Shown: positions 45,182 through 56,095, counted from the stretch's first letter. The stretch is 59,968 bases of DNA from a virus (IMGVR_UViG_3300034071_001219:1-59968); one strand, 5' to 3'. Notes: generated by a model from the letters alone, not told the origin. Numbers and translations: made by a program.

Positions 45182-46325
45182 CTTGCTTAATGCCTCCTAC
45201 GACATAACTTTCGACTTCTGTTTCTTGTGGGGCTACTTGAAGTCCTTTGGAGGAAATCCAGTGTTGAGTCCATGGAAGTGGATTATTATTTGCAGAAATA
45301 TCATATTGAGGTTTAAGACCAATTGCCTTTAGTCTACGATTTGCGATCCATTCGACATACTGCTGTAATAGTTTGTCATTAAGTCCGATCATGCTTCCAT
45401 CTTTGAACAGATAATCTGCCCAACGTTTTTCTTCATTTACAGCACGGTCAAACATTGCATATGTCCATTCTTCTTCTTCTTTCATAATTTGTTTCATTTC
45501 CGCATCATCACCATCTTTCCACTTATTCAAAATATTTTGAGTAATTGCTAAATGTTGGTTTTCGTCTCTTGCGATGAGACTAATGATTTTAGCGGATCCT
45601 TCCATAAGCTTAAGTTCACCAAAGGCGAAACTACAAGCAAAACTAACGTAGAAGCGAATACCTTCAAGAATATTAACGTTTGCGACTGCTCTGTACAGTT
45701 TTCGTTTGACATCGTTGATTGTTTCTTTTGCGTATGAGACTCCTTCAAGTCTGTGCATCCAAGTATCAGATACACCATACTGTTGTGCCGATTGAATAAA
45801 GTCATCATAAGACTCTGTAACGCTCTTAGCACGTTCTAGAATGCGGTTGTCGTTAATGATAGTATCAAATACCTCAGAAGGGTCTGAATAGATATTTTTG
45901 ATGATATAGGTATAAGAACGACTATGAATCATTTCCATAAATCCCCACACCTCCATACATGCTTCCAATTCAGGAAGTGAGCAATATGGAAGAAATGCCA
46001 TACCAGGACCACGACCCTGAACACTATCAAGCATAATCTGATACTTCAGATTAGAAGTATAGATATGCTTCTGCTCAGGACGAAGAGTTTGATAATCTCC
46101 ACGATCCTTCTGAAGAGATACCTCTTCAGGTCTCCAGAAATATCCAAGTTGTTGAGTAGTCAGTTTATCGAAGATAGGATATTTGTATGAATCATATCTT
46201 TGAACTCCAAGAGGAGCACCAAAGAACATTGGTTGTTTTTTTCTATCAATATTTTCCGTATTAAAAACCGTCATTCCTTTAACATTTGTTTGTGGTTCTT
46301 CTGTGGAAGATATTTTAAACTGCAT
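45144..46325 (-). CDS. nrdB: Ribonucleotide reductase class Ia beta subunit
   Basis: FWRPEEV, EMIHSRSY, EGIRFYVSF, RDENQH and QVAPQETEV.SY motifs. Confidence 0.96.
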   Translation of the reverse strand: MQFKISSTEEPQTNVKGMTVFNTENIDRKKQPMFFGAPLGVQRYDSYKYPIFDKLTTQQLGYFWRPEEVSLQKDRGDYQTLRPEQKHIYTSNLKYQIMLDSVQGRGPGMAFLPYCSLPELEACMEVWGFMEMIHSRSYTYIIKNIYSDPSEVFDTIINDNRILERAKSVTESYDDFIQSAQQYGVSDTWMHRLEGVSYAKETINDVKRKLYRAVANVNILEGIRFYVSFACSFAFGELKLMEGSAKIISLIARDENQHLAITQNILNKWKDGDDAEMKQIMKEEEEWTYAMFDRAVNEEKRWADYLFKDGSMIGLNDKLLQQYVEWIANRRLKAIGLKPQYDISANNNPLPWTQHWISSKGLQVAPQETEVESYVVGGIKQDVTKNTFAGFQL

Positions 46326-46893
46326 TTTTTGACCTCCAGGTAGTCCATTGTACATCTTCATTTGGTATCCATCCACATTTAAATTTCATTACCATATTTT
46401 GATGAGATGATTTCCACTTTTCATTTAAATTTGATGTAAGTTTATAATAACTTGGTTTTCCCATCTCAATCCATTTTTGATAGTAATAATCTGCCTTTTC
46501 CCAGATTTTTTTACTACTTTCATTTGAAGAAGGTATGTCCCAAGGAGATTTATTTTTATTTGGGTTATTCAGTTTCATATATTCAGAAACTAATTGCCTT
46601 GCTTTTTTTGATTGAGTTTTACATTTCATTCCTTTTGGATGCAATTTTCTATTACCAAAATTACCTTTGGAAAGTAGAACAACTGCATAGTTTAGTCCAG
46701 GATGACTTGGATAAATTTTAGATAATAATCTATGTGCCAATAAATGCTCTCTAAAAGTTAATTTTACCAGATTATCTACATTATCATCCCCACCCAGACA
46801 CTTTGGAACTATGTGGTGCATTTCACCAAGTTCTTCAGAGAAATTTATTTTACGACTTTCAATCAAAGAATTATATATTTTTTTATAATTCAT
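46315..46893 (-). CDS. HNH homing endonuclease between nrdA and nrdB (mobE-like position)
   Basis: MNYKKIY..LI, EMHHIVPKCLGGDDNVDNLVKLTFREHLLAH. Confidence 0.9.
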   Translation of the reverse strand: MNYKKIYNSLIESRKINFSEELGEMHHIVPKCLGGDDNVDNLVKLTFREHLLAHRLLSKIYPSHPGLNYAVVLLSKGNFGNRKLHPKGMKCKTQSKKARQLVSEYMKLNNPNKNKSPWDIPSSNESSKKIWEKADYYYQKWIEMGKPSYYKLTSNLNEKWKSSHQNMVMKFKCGWIPNEDVQWTTWRSKNAV

Positions 46894-46956
46894 TGTTTTT
46901 AGAAATTGAAATTTTCATCTCTTTGAATTATAGCACACACATAGTATTTACTCCAG

Positions 46957-49254
46957 TCAAATTTTACAACTTTCGCAATCTTCCTCTTCGGCACCAGAAA
47001 GTTCTTGAAGAAGTGATTGAAGATTAGGTTTTTCCTCAACTACTTCATCAGTTTTAATATCATAAGTGTTTTGATAGTATGCTGTTTTCCAACCATAGCG
47101 ATAACAGTTCAAAAAGTCTTGTGCCATCACGGACACTGGAACTTCATTATCATCATAATTTTCTGGATTATAAGACCAGTTTCCACTAATCGCTTGGTCA
47201 AAGAATTTTTGCATCATGGCAACAACATTAATATAACCACGATTAGATTTCATATCCCAAAGAAGAGTATAATTGTTCTTAAGTGTATGATACTGCGGAA
47301 CGATCTGTTTAAGTGGTCCTTTTTTACTTTTCTTAATGGACAGGAATCCACGAGGAGGTTCGATTCCATTTGTTGCGTTTGACACAACGGAACTGCTCTC
47401 CGATGGCATCTGTGCGGACAGTGTTGAGTGCCTGAGACCATGTTCCAAGATAGATGCTCTAAGAGTTTCCCAATCATGCTGCAATGGAATAGAAGAAATT
47501 TCGTCTACATCAGTTTTGTATGTGTCAATAGGAAGAATGCCATCTGCATATTTTGTACGACCAAAGTATTCGCAGTGCCCTTTTTCTTTAGCAAGTTGAT
47601 TAGAAGATTTTAGTAAGTAATATTGAAATGATTCCGAAAGACCATGGACGGCATTCCATGCTTCCTGAGAATCATAATTGTACCCAAGTTTTGCCAAATA
47701 ATGCGCAAGACCAATAAACCCTACACCAAGAGAACGACGTGCCTTGGTGGCGATTTCTGCCGCCACTACGGGATAATTTTGATAGTCAATTAATTCATCC
47801 AAACCACGAACAGAAAGGTCACAAAGTTCCTCAAGTTCTTCATCGGATTTTACTTTACCAACATTAATAGCAGAAAGAATGCAGAGAGCAATTTCACCCA
47901 TTTCATCGTCAATATGCTGAAGTGGGTCAGTAGGTAGAGTAATCTCTTGGCAAAGATTACTCATATTGACTTTATCCTTAAAAGAAGAATGAGAATTGCA
48001 GTGGTCAATATTCATAATGTAAATTCGACCCGTTTCCGCACGTTCTTTAAGAAGGTTAAGGATGAGTTCTTGTGCCCTAACAGTTTTTTTCTTAATGGAC
48101 GAATCTTTCTCATATTGTAAGTAGAGAGCATCAAACTCAGGGAATCCAAAACTATCATAAAGTCCAGGGACATCATGCGGAGAGAAAAGCGTAATCTCAC
48201 CATCTTGAATGAATCTTTCATAAAACAACTTACTAATTTGAATGGAATAATCAAGTTTACGAACACGATTATCTTCAGTTCCTTTGTTATTTTTTAATAC
48301 CAGGATGTCTTCTATCTCTTGGTGCCAGATTGGGAAGTGGACCGTTGCGCTTCCGCCTCGTATGCCATTTTGCGTACAGCAACGGACAGTCGCTTCAAAC
48401 TTTTTGAGAAACGGTACAACGCCAGTGTGCTGGACTTCACCGCCTCTAATTTTACTGTTGATGCCACGGATGCGACCTGCGTTGATACCGATTCCCGCCC
48501 TTTGTGCAACATACCTGCCGATAGCCATATCAGAACTAAAGATGCTATCGAGGGTGTCATCAACATCAACAAGAACACAGCTAGCAAATTGTCGAAGTGG
48601 AGTTCTAACCCCTGCCATGATAGGTGTGGGAATGTTGATTTTGTGTTTTGAGATTGCGTCATAATACCTCTTGACATAAGAGAGTCTTGTTTCTTTTGGA
48701 TACTCTGCAAAGATAGTCAGAGCAATCATCATGTACATAAACTGTGGTGTTTCATATACACCACCGTTACTTCTATCTTGCACAAGGTACTTGTCAACGA
48801 CTTGACGTAGACCTGCATAAGTGAACAAATAGTCACGATCATGATCAATATAAGAATTGACCTTATAAATTTCTTCCTTTGAATACTTGTTGAAAACATC
48901 ACTATCATAGACTTCAGAGTTAACACAATTGTAGATGTGGTCTTCAAAGGAAGGAAGTTCCTTCATTTTTCCATAAAGTTGCTTACGAACCGCAAAAAGA
49001 AGTAAACGGGCAGCAACATATTGATAATTTGGATGATCTAAATCAATCAAATCTGAAGCACTACGAATTAAGATTTCTTGAATTTCGCCAGTAGTGATTC
49101 CATCATAAAATTGAATGCCAGAGGTCATCTCAACTTGACTCGCTGAGACTCCTGCAAGACCCCTACACGCCTCTTCAACCATCAAATGCATCTTGTCTAG
49201 GTCAAGAGATTCAATTCGACCATCACGCTTTTTAACTTTTGTACCGTTGCTCAT
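46957..49254 (-). CDS. nrdA: Ribonucleotide reductase class Ia alpha subunit
   Basis: ATP cone VKKRDGR, PTPIMAG, QFASCVL, SNLCQEI, C-terminal CESCKI. Confidence 0.97.
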   Translation of the reverse strand: MSNGTKVKKRDGRIESLDLDKMHLMVEEACRGLAGVSASQVEMTSGIQFYDGITTGEIQEILIRSASDLIDLDHPNYQYVAARLLLFAVRKQLYGKMKELPSFEDHIYNCVNSEVYDSDVFNKYSKEEIYKVNSYIDHDRDYLFTYAGLRQVVDKYLVQDRSNGGVYETPQFMYMMIALTIFAEYPKETRLSYVKRYYDAISKHKINIPTPIMAGVRTPLRQFASCVLVDVDDTLDSIFSSDMAIGRYVAQRAGIGINAGRIRGINSKIRGGEVQHTGVVPFLKKFEATVRCCTQNGIRGGSATVHFPIWHQEIEDILVLKNNKGTEDNRVRKLDYSIQISKLFYERFIQDGEITLFSPHDVPGLYDSFGFPEFDALYLQYEKDSSIKKKTVRAQELILNLLKERAETGRIYIMNIDHCNSHSSFKDKVNMSNLCQEITLPTDPLQHIDDEMGEIALCILSAINVGKVKSDEELEELCDLSVRGLDELIDYQNYPVVAAEIATKARRSLGVGFIGLAHYLAKLGYNYDSQEAWNAVHGLSESFQYYLLKSSNQLAKEKGHCEYFGRTKYADGILPIDTYKTDVDEISSIPLQHDWETLRASILEHGLRHSTLSAQMPSESSSVVSNATNGIEPPRGFLSIKKSKKGPLKQIVPQYHTLKNNYTLLWDMKSNRGYINVVAMMQKFFDQAISGNWSYNPENYDDNEVPVSVMAQDFLNCYRYGWKTAYYQNTYDIKTDEVVEEKPNLQSLLQELSGAEEEDCESCKI

Positions 49255-50219
49255 ATTTTCTTCCAAGTAGTAAATTTAAGTTTTGCTTCTAATCCAGAGT
49301 AAGTATTTAATTCTATCACGGACTGCACATCCAGTCCAGATAGAACCATATCATTAATGTCTTTTTCTTTTATTGTCGAAGGCCAGATGACAACTTTTTG
49401 TCCATTTTCAATAACACGGGAAATTCTTGATAAGATTTCTGAATTACGTGGTTCGTTATCGTATATCCAAACACAATTGCCAATACCCCACTTAGTAATA
49501 TCACCGTCAGCTCCACAAAGAGCAATCGAGTTGCGAATGAAAAATGAATCGAAGGGACCTTCGGTGATGTAGATAATTTCACTTTTTTTGACTTTATCAA
49601 GACCATAGATTTTTGGTGCGTCATCTTCAAGCATTATAGTAATGTATTTAACTTTACTGAGACCAAGTGCTCTTCCTTGAAATCCGACTAGATTATTTTG
49701 ATAGAATAAAGGAATGATAATCCTTGGTTCATCTTTATCTACACTATCGAATGTTGGTCGAAGAGAATTAGTCCACTCTTTAAATTTTTCAGTGTAATAA
49801 TAGTTATCTGGGTTTAATTTTCTACTCTCCAGATACTTTTTTGCATAAAGATTTGATGATGCTTTAGGCAAATCCATCTTCTGTTTAAATTTTGGTGCTT
49901 CAAAATTAAATACAGGGTCTTCTACAGTAAAGTTTTTTCCAGTATGACCCTCTTTAAATTTTTCGAAAGTGTATTGTTTATAAATTATTGGATCAATTTG
50001 CTTTAAAAAATTATTAAATGACATATTAACTCCACAATTATGGCATTTAAAATTTGTATTATTCTTTACTTGATAAAGATATCCTCTTGCTTTGTTTTTA
50101 TTCTTTTGAGAGTCTCCACAAATAGGACAACGAAAATTATAAAGATTATGCTTTACCTTTTTAAACTTTTGAAATCTGGAAGAAACCAAATTGATGTATT
50201 TAACATCAACAAAATCCAT
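49251..50219 (-). CDS. DNA primase (T4 gp61)
   Basis: NFRCPICGDS...CHNC zinc finger; ITEGPFDS, YDNEPRN and KDIND TOPRIM motifs. Confidence 0.95.
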   Translation of the reverse strand: MDFVDVKYINLVSSRFQKFKKVKHNLYNFRCPICGDSQKNKNKARGYLYQVKNNTNFKCHNCGVNMSFNNFLKQIDPIIYKQYTFEKFKEGHTGKNFTVEDPVFNFEAPKFKQKMDLPKASSNLYAKKYLESRKLNPDNYYYTEKFKEWTNSLRPTFDSVDKDEPRIIIPLFYQNNLVGFQGRALGLSKVKYITIMLEDDAPKIYGLDKVKKSEIIYITEGPFDSFFIRNSIALCGADGDITKWGIGNCVWIYDNEPRNSEILSRISRVIENGQKVVIWPSTIKEKDINDMVLSGLDVQSVIELNTYSGLEAKLKFTTWKKI

Positions 50220-50389
50220 AACAATAAACTGAGGAATCTAATTATTCTACCAGATTACTGTGTCTTGTCAATACACAAAACGGTTATAAGTCCTGTCCAT
50301 TTTATAACCGAATTTGTGATTTTTTGAAGAGAGTAAATTGACGTTTTGTTTTTAGTTTTCACTGGCATCTTGTGCCAACACTAAGTTAT

Positions 50390-50815
50390 TTATTTTTTTA
50401 TTTGTTCTATTGCACCAAAGTTATGATTTGATGAAAAGAAAGAAATTGTGGGAGGAACAAACTTAAGGAAAATTGCAATAACTGCCAATCCACCCAATAT
50501 TTGCCACCTAAACTTAGAAAGACCTTCTACCTTTTCCTCAACATTATCTATTCTTTCACTTAACTCTTTACTAATATCCTCATGCTGCTGCTTTGACGTT
50601 TCTTTAATATCTTCAATCATTCTAACAATTAGGTTATCGGTTCTATTACACTGCTCAATCTTTTCATTATGAACGGCAAGCATTTGACTGATATTTTGAC
50701 TTGTCTCACCAATTTTTTGAATTGCGGTATCAATCCTTTCCATCATCTGCTCATACACAGACAACCTTTCTTCCAATATTGCTATTTTTGTGTCGGTAGA
50801 TGATGGTTGGAACAT
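50390..50815 (-). CDS. Coiled-coil protein with C-terminal TM segment
   Basis: Heptad pattern ending FRWQILGGLAVIAIFL. Confidence 0.7.
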   Translation of the reverse strand: MFQPSSTDTKIAILEERLSVYEQMMERIDTAIQKIGETSQNISQMLAVHNEKIEQCNRTDNLIVRMIEDIKETSKQQHEDISKELSERIDNVEEKVEGLSKFRWQILGGLAVIAIFLKFVPPTISFFSSNHNFGAIEQIKK

Positions 50816-50816
50816 T

Positions 50817-51023
50817 TTATTTTTTCTGCCAACGTTTACGAGAACCTGGAGGAAGTTTAATTTGTGGACCTTTTCTTTTTTTCAATCCCATAACAGGGTC
50901 AAATCCAGCAACAGGTCCTTTTGAATCCGCAGAACCAGAAAAACCACCTTGGGAACCTGATGCATTTGCAACCATTTCCTCTCTAATGATAGAAATTATC
51001 CAACCAAGTTTTTTAGATTCCAT
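50817..51023 (-). CDS. Hypothetical protein
   Basis: IREEMVAN...GPVAGFDPVM. Confidence 0.65.
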   Translation of the reverse strand: MESKKLGWIISIIREEMVANASGSQGGFSGSADSKGPVAGFDPVMGLKKRKGPQIKLPPGSRKRWQKK

Positions 51024-51396
51024 TGTAGATTTTATTAAGTTCTGATAAACATTTCAAATCAACTTGTATGTTATGAATGGATGATTTTGGATATTCGGGA
51101 AGTCTATTTAAAAAAATAATAAAACTTTTTAACGATGACCACATCTCCCTCTCTATCTTAAAAAATAACATCGGAGTCGCTGCCTCACCAAATATATTAT
51201 AAAGAATAGTAAAATGATTAAGTAGAAGGTGAGTTTTTAATTCACCTTCTCTTTTATATCTTTTTAACAATCTTTTTATATATTTAAAATGATTCAAATC
51301 CTTCTCAAAGTCTTCTTTAGTAACGGCTTGAGGATTTTCATAATGTTTAATTGCAAATAAAAGAAAGTTATCTTCATTCAATTCATTAAAAATCAT
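51013..51396 (-). CDS. Conserved T4-like phage protein
   Basis: LNEDNFLLFAIKHYENP...FKYIKRLL...LLLNH.IL.YN.FG. Confidence 0.8.
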   Translation of the reverse strand: MIFNELNEDNFLLFAIKHYENPQAVTKEDFEKDLNHFKYIKRLLKRYKREGELKTHLLLNHFTILYNIFGEAATPMLFFKIEREMWSSLKSFIIFLNRLPEYPKSSIHNIQVDLKCLSELNKIYNGI

Positions 51397-51403
51397 AAAT
51401 TAA

Positions 51404-52177
51404 TCAATCTAGTGGATTAGCATCATATAATGGAGTATTTCCCGTTGTAATTCCAGACATTGCAACGAGAACTTCAGTTTTAACTCTCATCTCACCTTCA
51501 CATCCCATATAAGTTGTAACACCAACCCAACCTTGATGTGTTAAAGCAAATCTTGTTCCTTGAGCTGCATCAATTCCAGCATCAGCTACGCCATAAACAG
51601 ACTTTGCGTAACCATTAGAAAGTCTCCTAAAGGTTAGAGTGTCTCCAGTGCTGATTCCAGCACTGATTGTAGAAGCAAGAGAAATTGTAGTTGCTCCAAT
51701 AGTACTAATCACAATACTACTACCACCATTCACTAAAGCATCCCCAACTACTAATCCTGTTGCTCCAGTAGTAGCAACAACTGGAATTATATTTGTACCA
51801 ATTCCAGCATTTGTTGTTGCAGTTCCAACATAAGGAATGGAAACAAAGGTTGCAGCAGCAATATTAGCAGCACTAAATGAATTATCATGAACTGTATACT
51901 TAGGAAGTTCGCTAATATCAAACTGAACTCCAGAAATTGTAGCACCACTTAATCCTGTGGTAGAAGCAATAGAAAGTTGAGTTGTGCTTGCAATTCCCAC
52001 AATAACGGCATCGCCATAAAAAGTTCCAGTTCTGCTGCCAAAACGAATTACATCTCCAGTTGCAGCAGCACCAACTTGACCAAAGGTAGTTCCACTACCA
52101 GTAACAACTAAAGTTGTATAATCTAAAGAAACTGTACCACCAGAACCTTTAGCATCATTATTTCCCCAGAGTGCCAT
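51404..52177 (-). CDS. Virion structural protein
   Basis: MALWGNND start; H.GWVG...RVKTEVLVAM ending; TATAAATA upstream. Confidence 0.75.
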   Translation of the reverse strand: MALWGNNDAKGSGGTVSLDYTTLVVTGSGTTFGQVGAAATGDVIRFGSRTGTFYGDAVIVGIASTTQLSIASTTGLSGATISGVQFDISELPKYTVHDNSFSAANIAAATFVSIPYVGTATTNAGIGTNIIPVVATTGATGLVVGDALVNGGSSIVISTIGATTISLASTISAGISTGDTLTFRRLSNGYAKSVYGVADAGIDAAQGTRFALTHQGWVGVTTYMGCEGEMRVKTEVLVAMSGITTGNTPLYDANPLD

Positions 52178-52232
52178 GTTCTTTCTTCCGTAAAAAATAT
52201 TTGCTAATTATATTTATAAAAAAAGGAGACCT

Positions 52233-52397
52233 TTACTTTTTGTCTCCTTTAAGTAAAACAACTCTCAAAAAGTTATTTGTAAGATCCAATAATCCATTTT
52301 CTTCAAATCTTTTTGTTTTTGCTAGCCATTCAGATATGGTTAACAATAAACCCAGTATAATGGTTACTCCCCAATTAGTTACAAAGCAAGTAATCAT
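52233..52397 (-). CDS. Small membrane protein (54 aa)
   Basis: MITCFVTNWGVTIILGLLLTISEWLAKTKRFEENG... Confidence 0.55.
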   Translation of the reverse strand: MITCFVTNWGVTIILGLLLTISEWLAKTKRFEENGLLDLTNNFLRVVLLKGDKK

Positions 52398-52567
52398 GCT
52401 TGTGGTGTAAAGAGTTTATCTTTAACCAAAGTCAAAACTACATCATCAATACTATTGTCAGTTGATTTTACATACTTTGTCAAAAGTTCAATAACAAGAT
52501 TCTTAACTGCTGGATGTGTCGCAATCGAAATAAGAAGTGGTTTTACCACTGCTACTACTGCAGACAT
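52394..52567 (-). CDS. Small hypothetical protein (57 aa)
   Basis: MSAVVAVVKPLL...STDNSIDDVV; GGGG RBS. Confidence 0.6.
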   Translation of the reverse strand: MSAVVAVVKPLLISIATHPAVKNLVIELLTKYVKSTDNSIDDVVLTLVKDKLFTPQA

Positions 52568-52605
52568 AATGACCCCCGTAAAAGAGTATTCAGATTATTT
52601 AGGAA

Positions 52606-54801
52606 TCAATCAGTTTCTAAAGGAAGTTTTCCTTGTCTCTGAAGATTAAGTTTTTGTTTTTGGAGTTGTTGTTGCCTTTGTTGCACCATTTTCAAATTTG
52701 TATATTTCTGTCTTTCAATTGCAGTATCAAGTGGTTTTTCTTTTGGTTGCGGTTGAGTCTTTGGTTGCAGTTCCATTGCCTGCTCTGCAATTTTCTTTGC
52801 AATCTTTGTGGCAGTTGCATACATCACTTCCTTACCACGACCAGGATATCTCTTTTCAAAATCTGCCGACTTATCTTTCATCGACTTTACAAGTCTTTCC
52901 TTTTCTTTAGTTTCAGCAGAACTTAAAGTTTTTTCAGAAAGTTGAGTTTCTTCTTTAGTAACTGCTGCTTTTAGTTTATCAAGTGTATTCATTCTATAAG
53001 CGTCCTTTCCAGTTTTTTTCTTTATTTGTCTTGATGCTCTTTCTTCACCCTCTTCACGACCAAGAACTCTCATCCTTTCTCTATAAGTAGCAGTTCCTTT
53101 GTCCCATTTTTTATTTAAAACTTCCCTGTCTTTTTCCGCAGCATTTTTATAGGCAAGCATCTTCCTCGTAGAAAGTTCATCAATTTGCTGAACTTGCTCA
53201 CTTCTAATATCAGCAAGCAAACTATCTAACTTTGATTTTTTCTTTTTCTTTGCAGTTGATGCTGCAGCAGGTGCTTTTGCTTTTGGTGCTGCTGCCTTTT
53301 TAGTTGTTGCTTTTGGTGGAGTTGTAGCACTACCCTCCCAAGGATCAGAAGGTTTTTCTACTTTTTTTGTTTCTGGTTTTGATTTTACAGATCCCACTTT
53401 CTCAACACTACCTACACCAGCACCATTATAAGTTTTAGCAGTTCTTACTCCAGATTTTGAATGTACTTTGCTTGGACTTTTTTTATCCATTTTACGAGCA
53501 ATTCCAAGTGCTCCTTTAGCAACTTTTTTAGCACCTTTTGCAACTACATCTCTCAATCCAGACTTTAGAGATGACGCAATTCTTCTTGCCGCAGTAGGTC
53601 TTTCCGATTTTTCAGATCCTTTATATCTTATTCTATGAAGTTCTGATTTCACTGCAGATTTTACTTTTTGCAGTCTATCTTTTTTGATACTGGTATCATG
53701 CCCATAAGTTACTTTTGCTTCATTTATAACAGAAGAAGAAATCTCAATTGATTCCAATAATGCATTTTCAACATTATTCAAATCATATCCCTCATCCAAG
53801 CACTCTTGGAAAAATTCTTCCAGAACTTGCTCTATTAAATTATTGGACAATAAAAAGATTTCAGACTCTGAAAGATTATCAAAAATACAATTAGGATTTT
53901 CAACCTCAATCATCTCAATAAGTTCACCCCCAAGGTTTTCCACTGCTTCAGTAATTGACGGATTAATTACAATTTTATTTTTTACTTCCTTTTCTTTAAT
54001 TTTTTCAGTGCCCGTTTCTTTCTTAGTAATATCACTAACTTCAATTAAATCATTTCTCCAATTAGAAAAACTTTCCTTAGCAATTACTTTACCACGAACT
54101 TTTCTACGATTCTTTAGATATGAATCCGACTTATCTACATCACCATCATTATCAATATCATCATCCTCTTTACCAACAGGATCTAGTGCTTCTTTTACTT
54201 TCTTCCTTTTAAACTTACCAGAAACTTCTCCTTCTTCCCAACCCTTTCCATCTCCATCATCATCCCACCAACGCTTTTCTCTCTTTTCTTCTTCTTTAAT
54301 TCCTCTTTTTTCTCTCATCGCCTTTGCTTTAGCAAGAGTTCTTTCTCTTGCAGCATCACGCTCAGATTGTGAAATATCAATATCGGTTAGAGCACCAACT
54401 CTTTCTGCAGGTTTTCCAGGAACTGCAGATTCTCCCATTGCTTTTTGCTTACGGAGTTTCTTTAGATTCTTAGTTTTATCTGCAGAGTAGTTACTATCAT
54501 CACCCTCAGGGTCTACAGCACTACGATGTCTTGTACTTCTTTCTTGATCATCCAGTTTTGAACGCATTCTCTTTGCTTCATCTGGAGAATATGTTCTACC
54601 ACTGTTATACCATTCTTTACCTTCGTGTCCTCTACCTCTAGCTTCAGCACTTTTCTCTTTTCCAGCAAGACTTCTTCTGCGCTTTTTGAACGCTGCTTTA
54701 TCAAGAGGAGTTTCAATATTTCCTGGTCTTACACCTTCTTCAACAGATGCAACCTGTTCCAGATAAATTCTGGAGATATCATTTATAGGATTTGTAGGCA
54801 T
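52606..54801 (-). CDS. Large charged protein, probable internal head protein
   Basis: Multiple gp21-type sites (VEEG, IKEE, VKEA, QIDELS); EALDPVGKEDDDIDNDGDVD; YATATK. Confidence 0.7.
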   Translation of the reverse strand: MPTNPINDISRIYLEQVASVEEGVRPGNIETPLDKAAFKKRRRSLAGKEKSAEARGRGHEGKEWYNSGRTYSPDEAKRMRSKLDDQERSTRHRSAVDPEGDDSNYSADKTKNLKKLRKQKAMGESAVPGKPAERVGALTDIDISQSERDAARERTLAKAKAMREKRGIKEEEKREKRWWDDDGDGKGWEEGEVSGKFKRKKVKEALDPVGKEDDDIDNDGDVDKSDSYLKNRRKVRGKVIAKESFSNWRNDLIEVSDITKKETGTEKIKEKEVKNKIVINPSITEAVENLGGELIEMIEVENPNCIFDNLSESEIFLLSNNLIEQVLEEFFQECLDEGYDLNNVENALLESIEISSSVINEAKVTYGHDTSIKKDRLQKVKSAVKSELHRIRYKGSEKSERPTAARRIASSLKSGLRDVVAKGAKKVAKGALGIARKMDKKSPSKVHSKSGVRTAKTYNGAGVGSVEKVGSVKSKPETKKVEKPSDPWEGSATTPPKATTKKAAAPKAKAPAAASTAKKKKKSKLDSLLADIRSEQVQQIDELSTRKMLAYKNAAEKDREVLNKKWDKGTATYRERMRVLGREEGEERASRQIKKKTGKDAYRMNTLDKLKAAVTKEETQLSEKTLSSAETKEKERLVKSMKDKSADFEKRYPGRGKEVMYATATKIAKKIAEQAMELQPKTQPQPKEKPLDTAIERQKYTNLKMVQQRQQQLQKQKLNLQRQGKLPLETD

Positions 54802-54814
54802 CTCAATTAAGAAC

Positions 54815-56095
54815 TTACTTAACTTTTCTATACTTATTTATGAAATTCAAGAATGCCTTGCCGCCGTGTTGAAGATTTTCTTTTCCTAAGGTAGACGCAG
54901 GAGTTTGCATAACTGCATACTTAAGATATCCCCTAGTTCCAGCAAGAGTATTTGGTTTTCCGGGAGTTCTATACATTCTATCCATTTTGACTTCAGTATA
55001 TTCCATCAAGTCCTTAATCCAAGACTTAAACATATATCCTTCTTCAGTTACACAGATAAGATGATTAGTTCCCCTACGCATCACTTCGCCAATAAGACCA
55101 GTGTTTAAGTTTTGCACTCTATCACCAATTCTAAAAATTCTTCCTCTTATATAATTCTCGCGAAGATTTTTCATATCATATTTTGGAGCAATCTCCCATA
55201 ATGAAAAACTTTCTTTTTTAACTTTTGCTTTCTTTACACCCATTCCTTGGCGGACTGCATTAAAGAGTGCTTGTGCTTGTCCATCATCAAGTGTCTTTGG
55301 AGTTCCTCTACGGAATGATGCAAAGTCATCATCCATTACCGATTTTCTCATCTTAGATGCAGACATTCCTTCAACACCTTCTGCATCAGCATCACGGACA
55401 CCAGCAGAAATTACACGAATTTGGTCAAAAGTATAAAGGTCTCCATTATACTTTTGTGCAAGATTTTCAAACTCTGCTTGCCTATCAGAACCAACAACGA
55501 TATTTACATCAGTATATCCATCCTTATTTGCAGTGATGAGAACATTGAAAATGGTTTTCATTTCTTCATCATTAATAATACTCTCCTCAAATTCAGGAAA
55601 CATTTTCTTCATATAAGAAACTTTTGTATCGGGATCTAAGGGATTTTTCTTCGGATCCTGAGATCTTGATGGATAAATCTTAATATCTCCACCAGTGGCA
55701 ATTCTCTTTGCCGACTTGAGAAGTTTTTCATGCCCCACTGTTGGTGGATTAAAGCGACCAAATACAACAGTGAGAGGTGGAAGTTCTTCTGCAGGTTGCT
55801 CTTCAGGTGCTTGTCCAGGTGCTGCTTGAGGTTGTGGTGCAGGTGCTTGTGTTGCTTGAGGTTGTTGTGTAGTTGGTGCAGCGCCAGTGGGTTGTCTTCC
55901 TGCTGCAGGTTGTTCTGCACCTTTTGGTTGACGACTATCAATATACTTAAGTTTTCCTTTATCAGTTCTCGCAACAAGTTTACCAGAACGATCTAACCAT
56001 CCACCATGACCGTCTCCAGTATATCCAAGTTTTTTCGCTTGCATTGCTGCTTGCGATTCTTTTGCTTCAGTTAGAAAATTGAGAAAACTTTTCAT
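54815..56095 (-). CDS. Cytidylyltransferase-like (HxGH nucleotidyltransferase) protein with capsid-targeting-like N-terminus
   Basis: MKSFLNFLTEA; FGRFNPPTVGHEKL, VVGSDR and GMSASKMR motifs. Confidence 0.85.
   Translation of the reverse strand: MKSFLNFLTEAKESQAAMQAKKLGYTGDGHGGWLDRSGKLVARTDKGKLKYIDSRQPKGAEQPAAGRQPTGAAPTTQQPQATQAPAPQPQAAPGQAPEEQPAEELPPLTVVFGRFNPPTVGHEKLLKSAKRIATGGDIKIYPSRSQDPKKNPLDPDTKVSYMKKMFPEFEESIINDEEMKTIFNVLITANKDGYTDVNIVVGSDRQAEFENLAQKYNGDLYTFDQIRVISAGVRDADAEGVEGMSASKMRKSVMDDDFASFRRGTPKTLDDGQAQALFNAVRQGMGVKKAKVKKESFSLWEIAPKYDMKNLRENYIRGRIFRIGDRVQNLNTGLIGEVMRRGTNHLICVTEEGYMFKSWIKDLMEYTEVKMDRMYRTPGKPNTLAGTRGYLKYAVMQTPASTLGKENLQHGGKAFLNFINKYRKVK

Noticed and set aside
45144-49254. 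Introns or inteins in nrdA/nrdB
   Set aside because: Both genes are continuous and of normal length; the HNH gene is free-standing between them.
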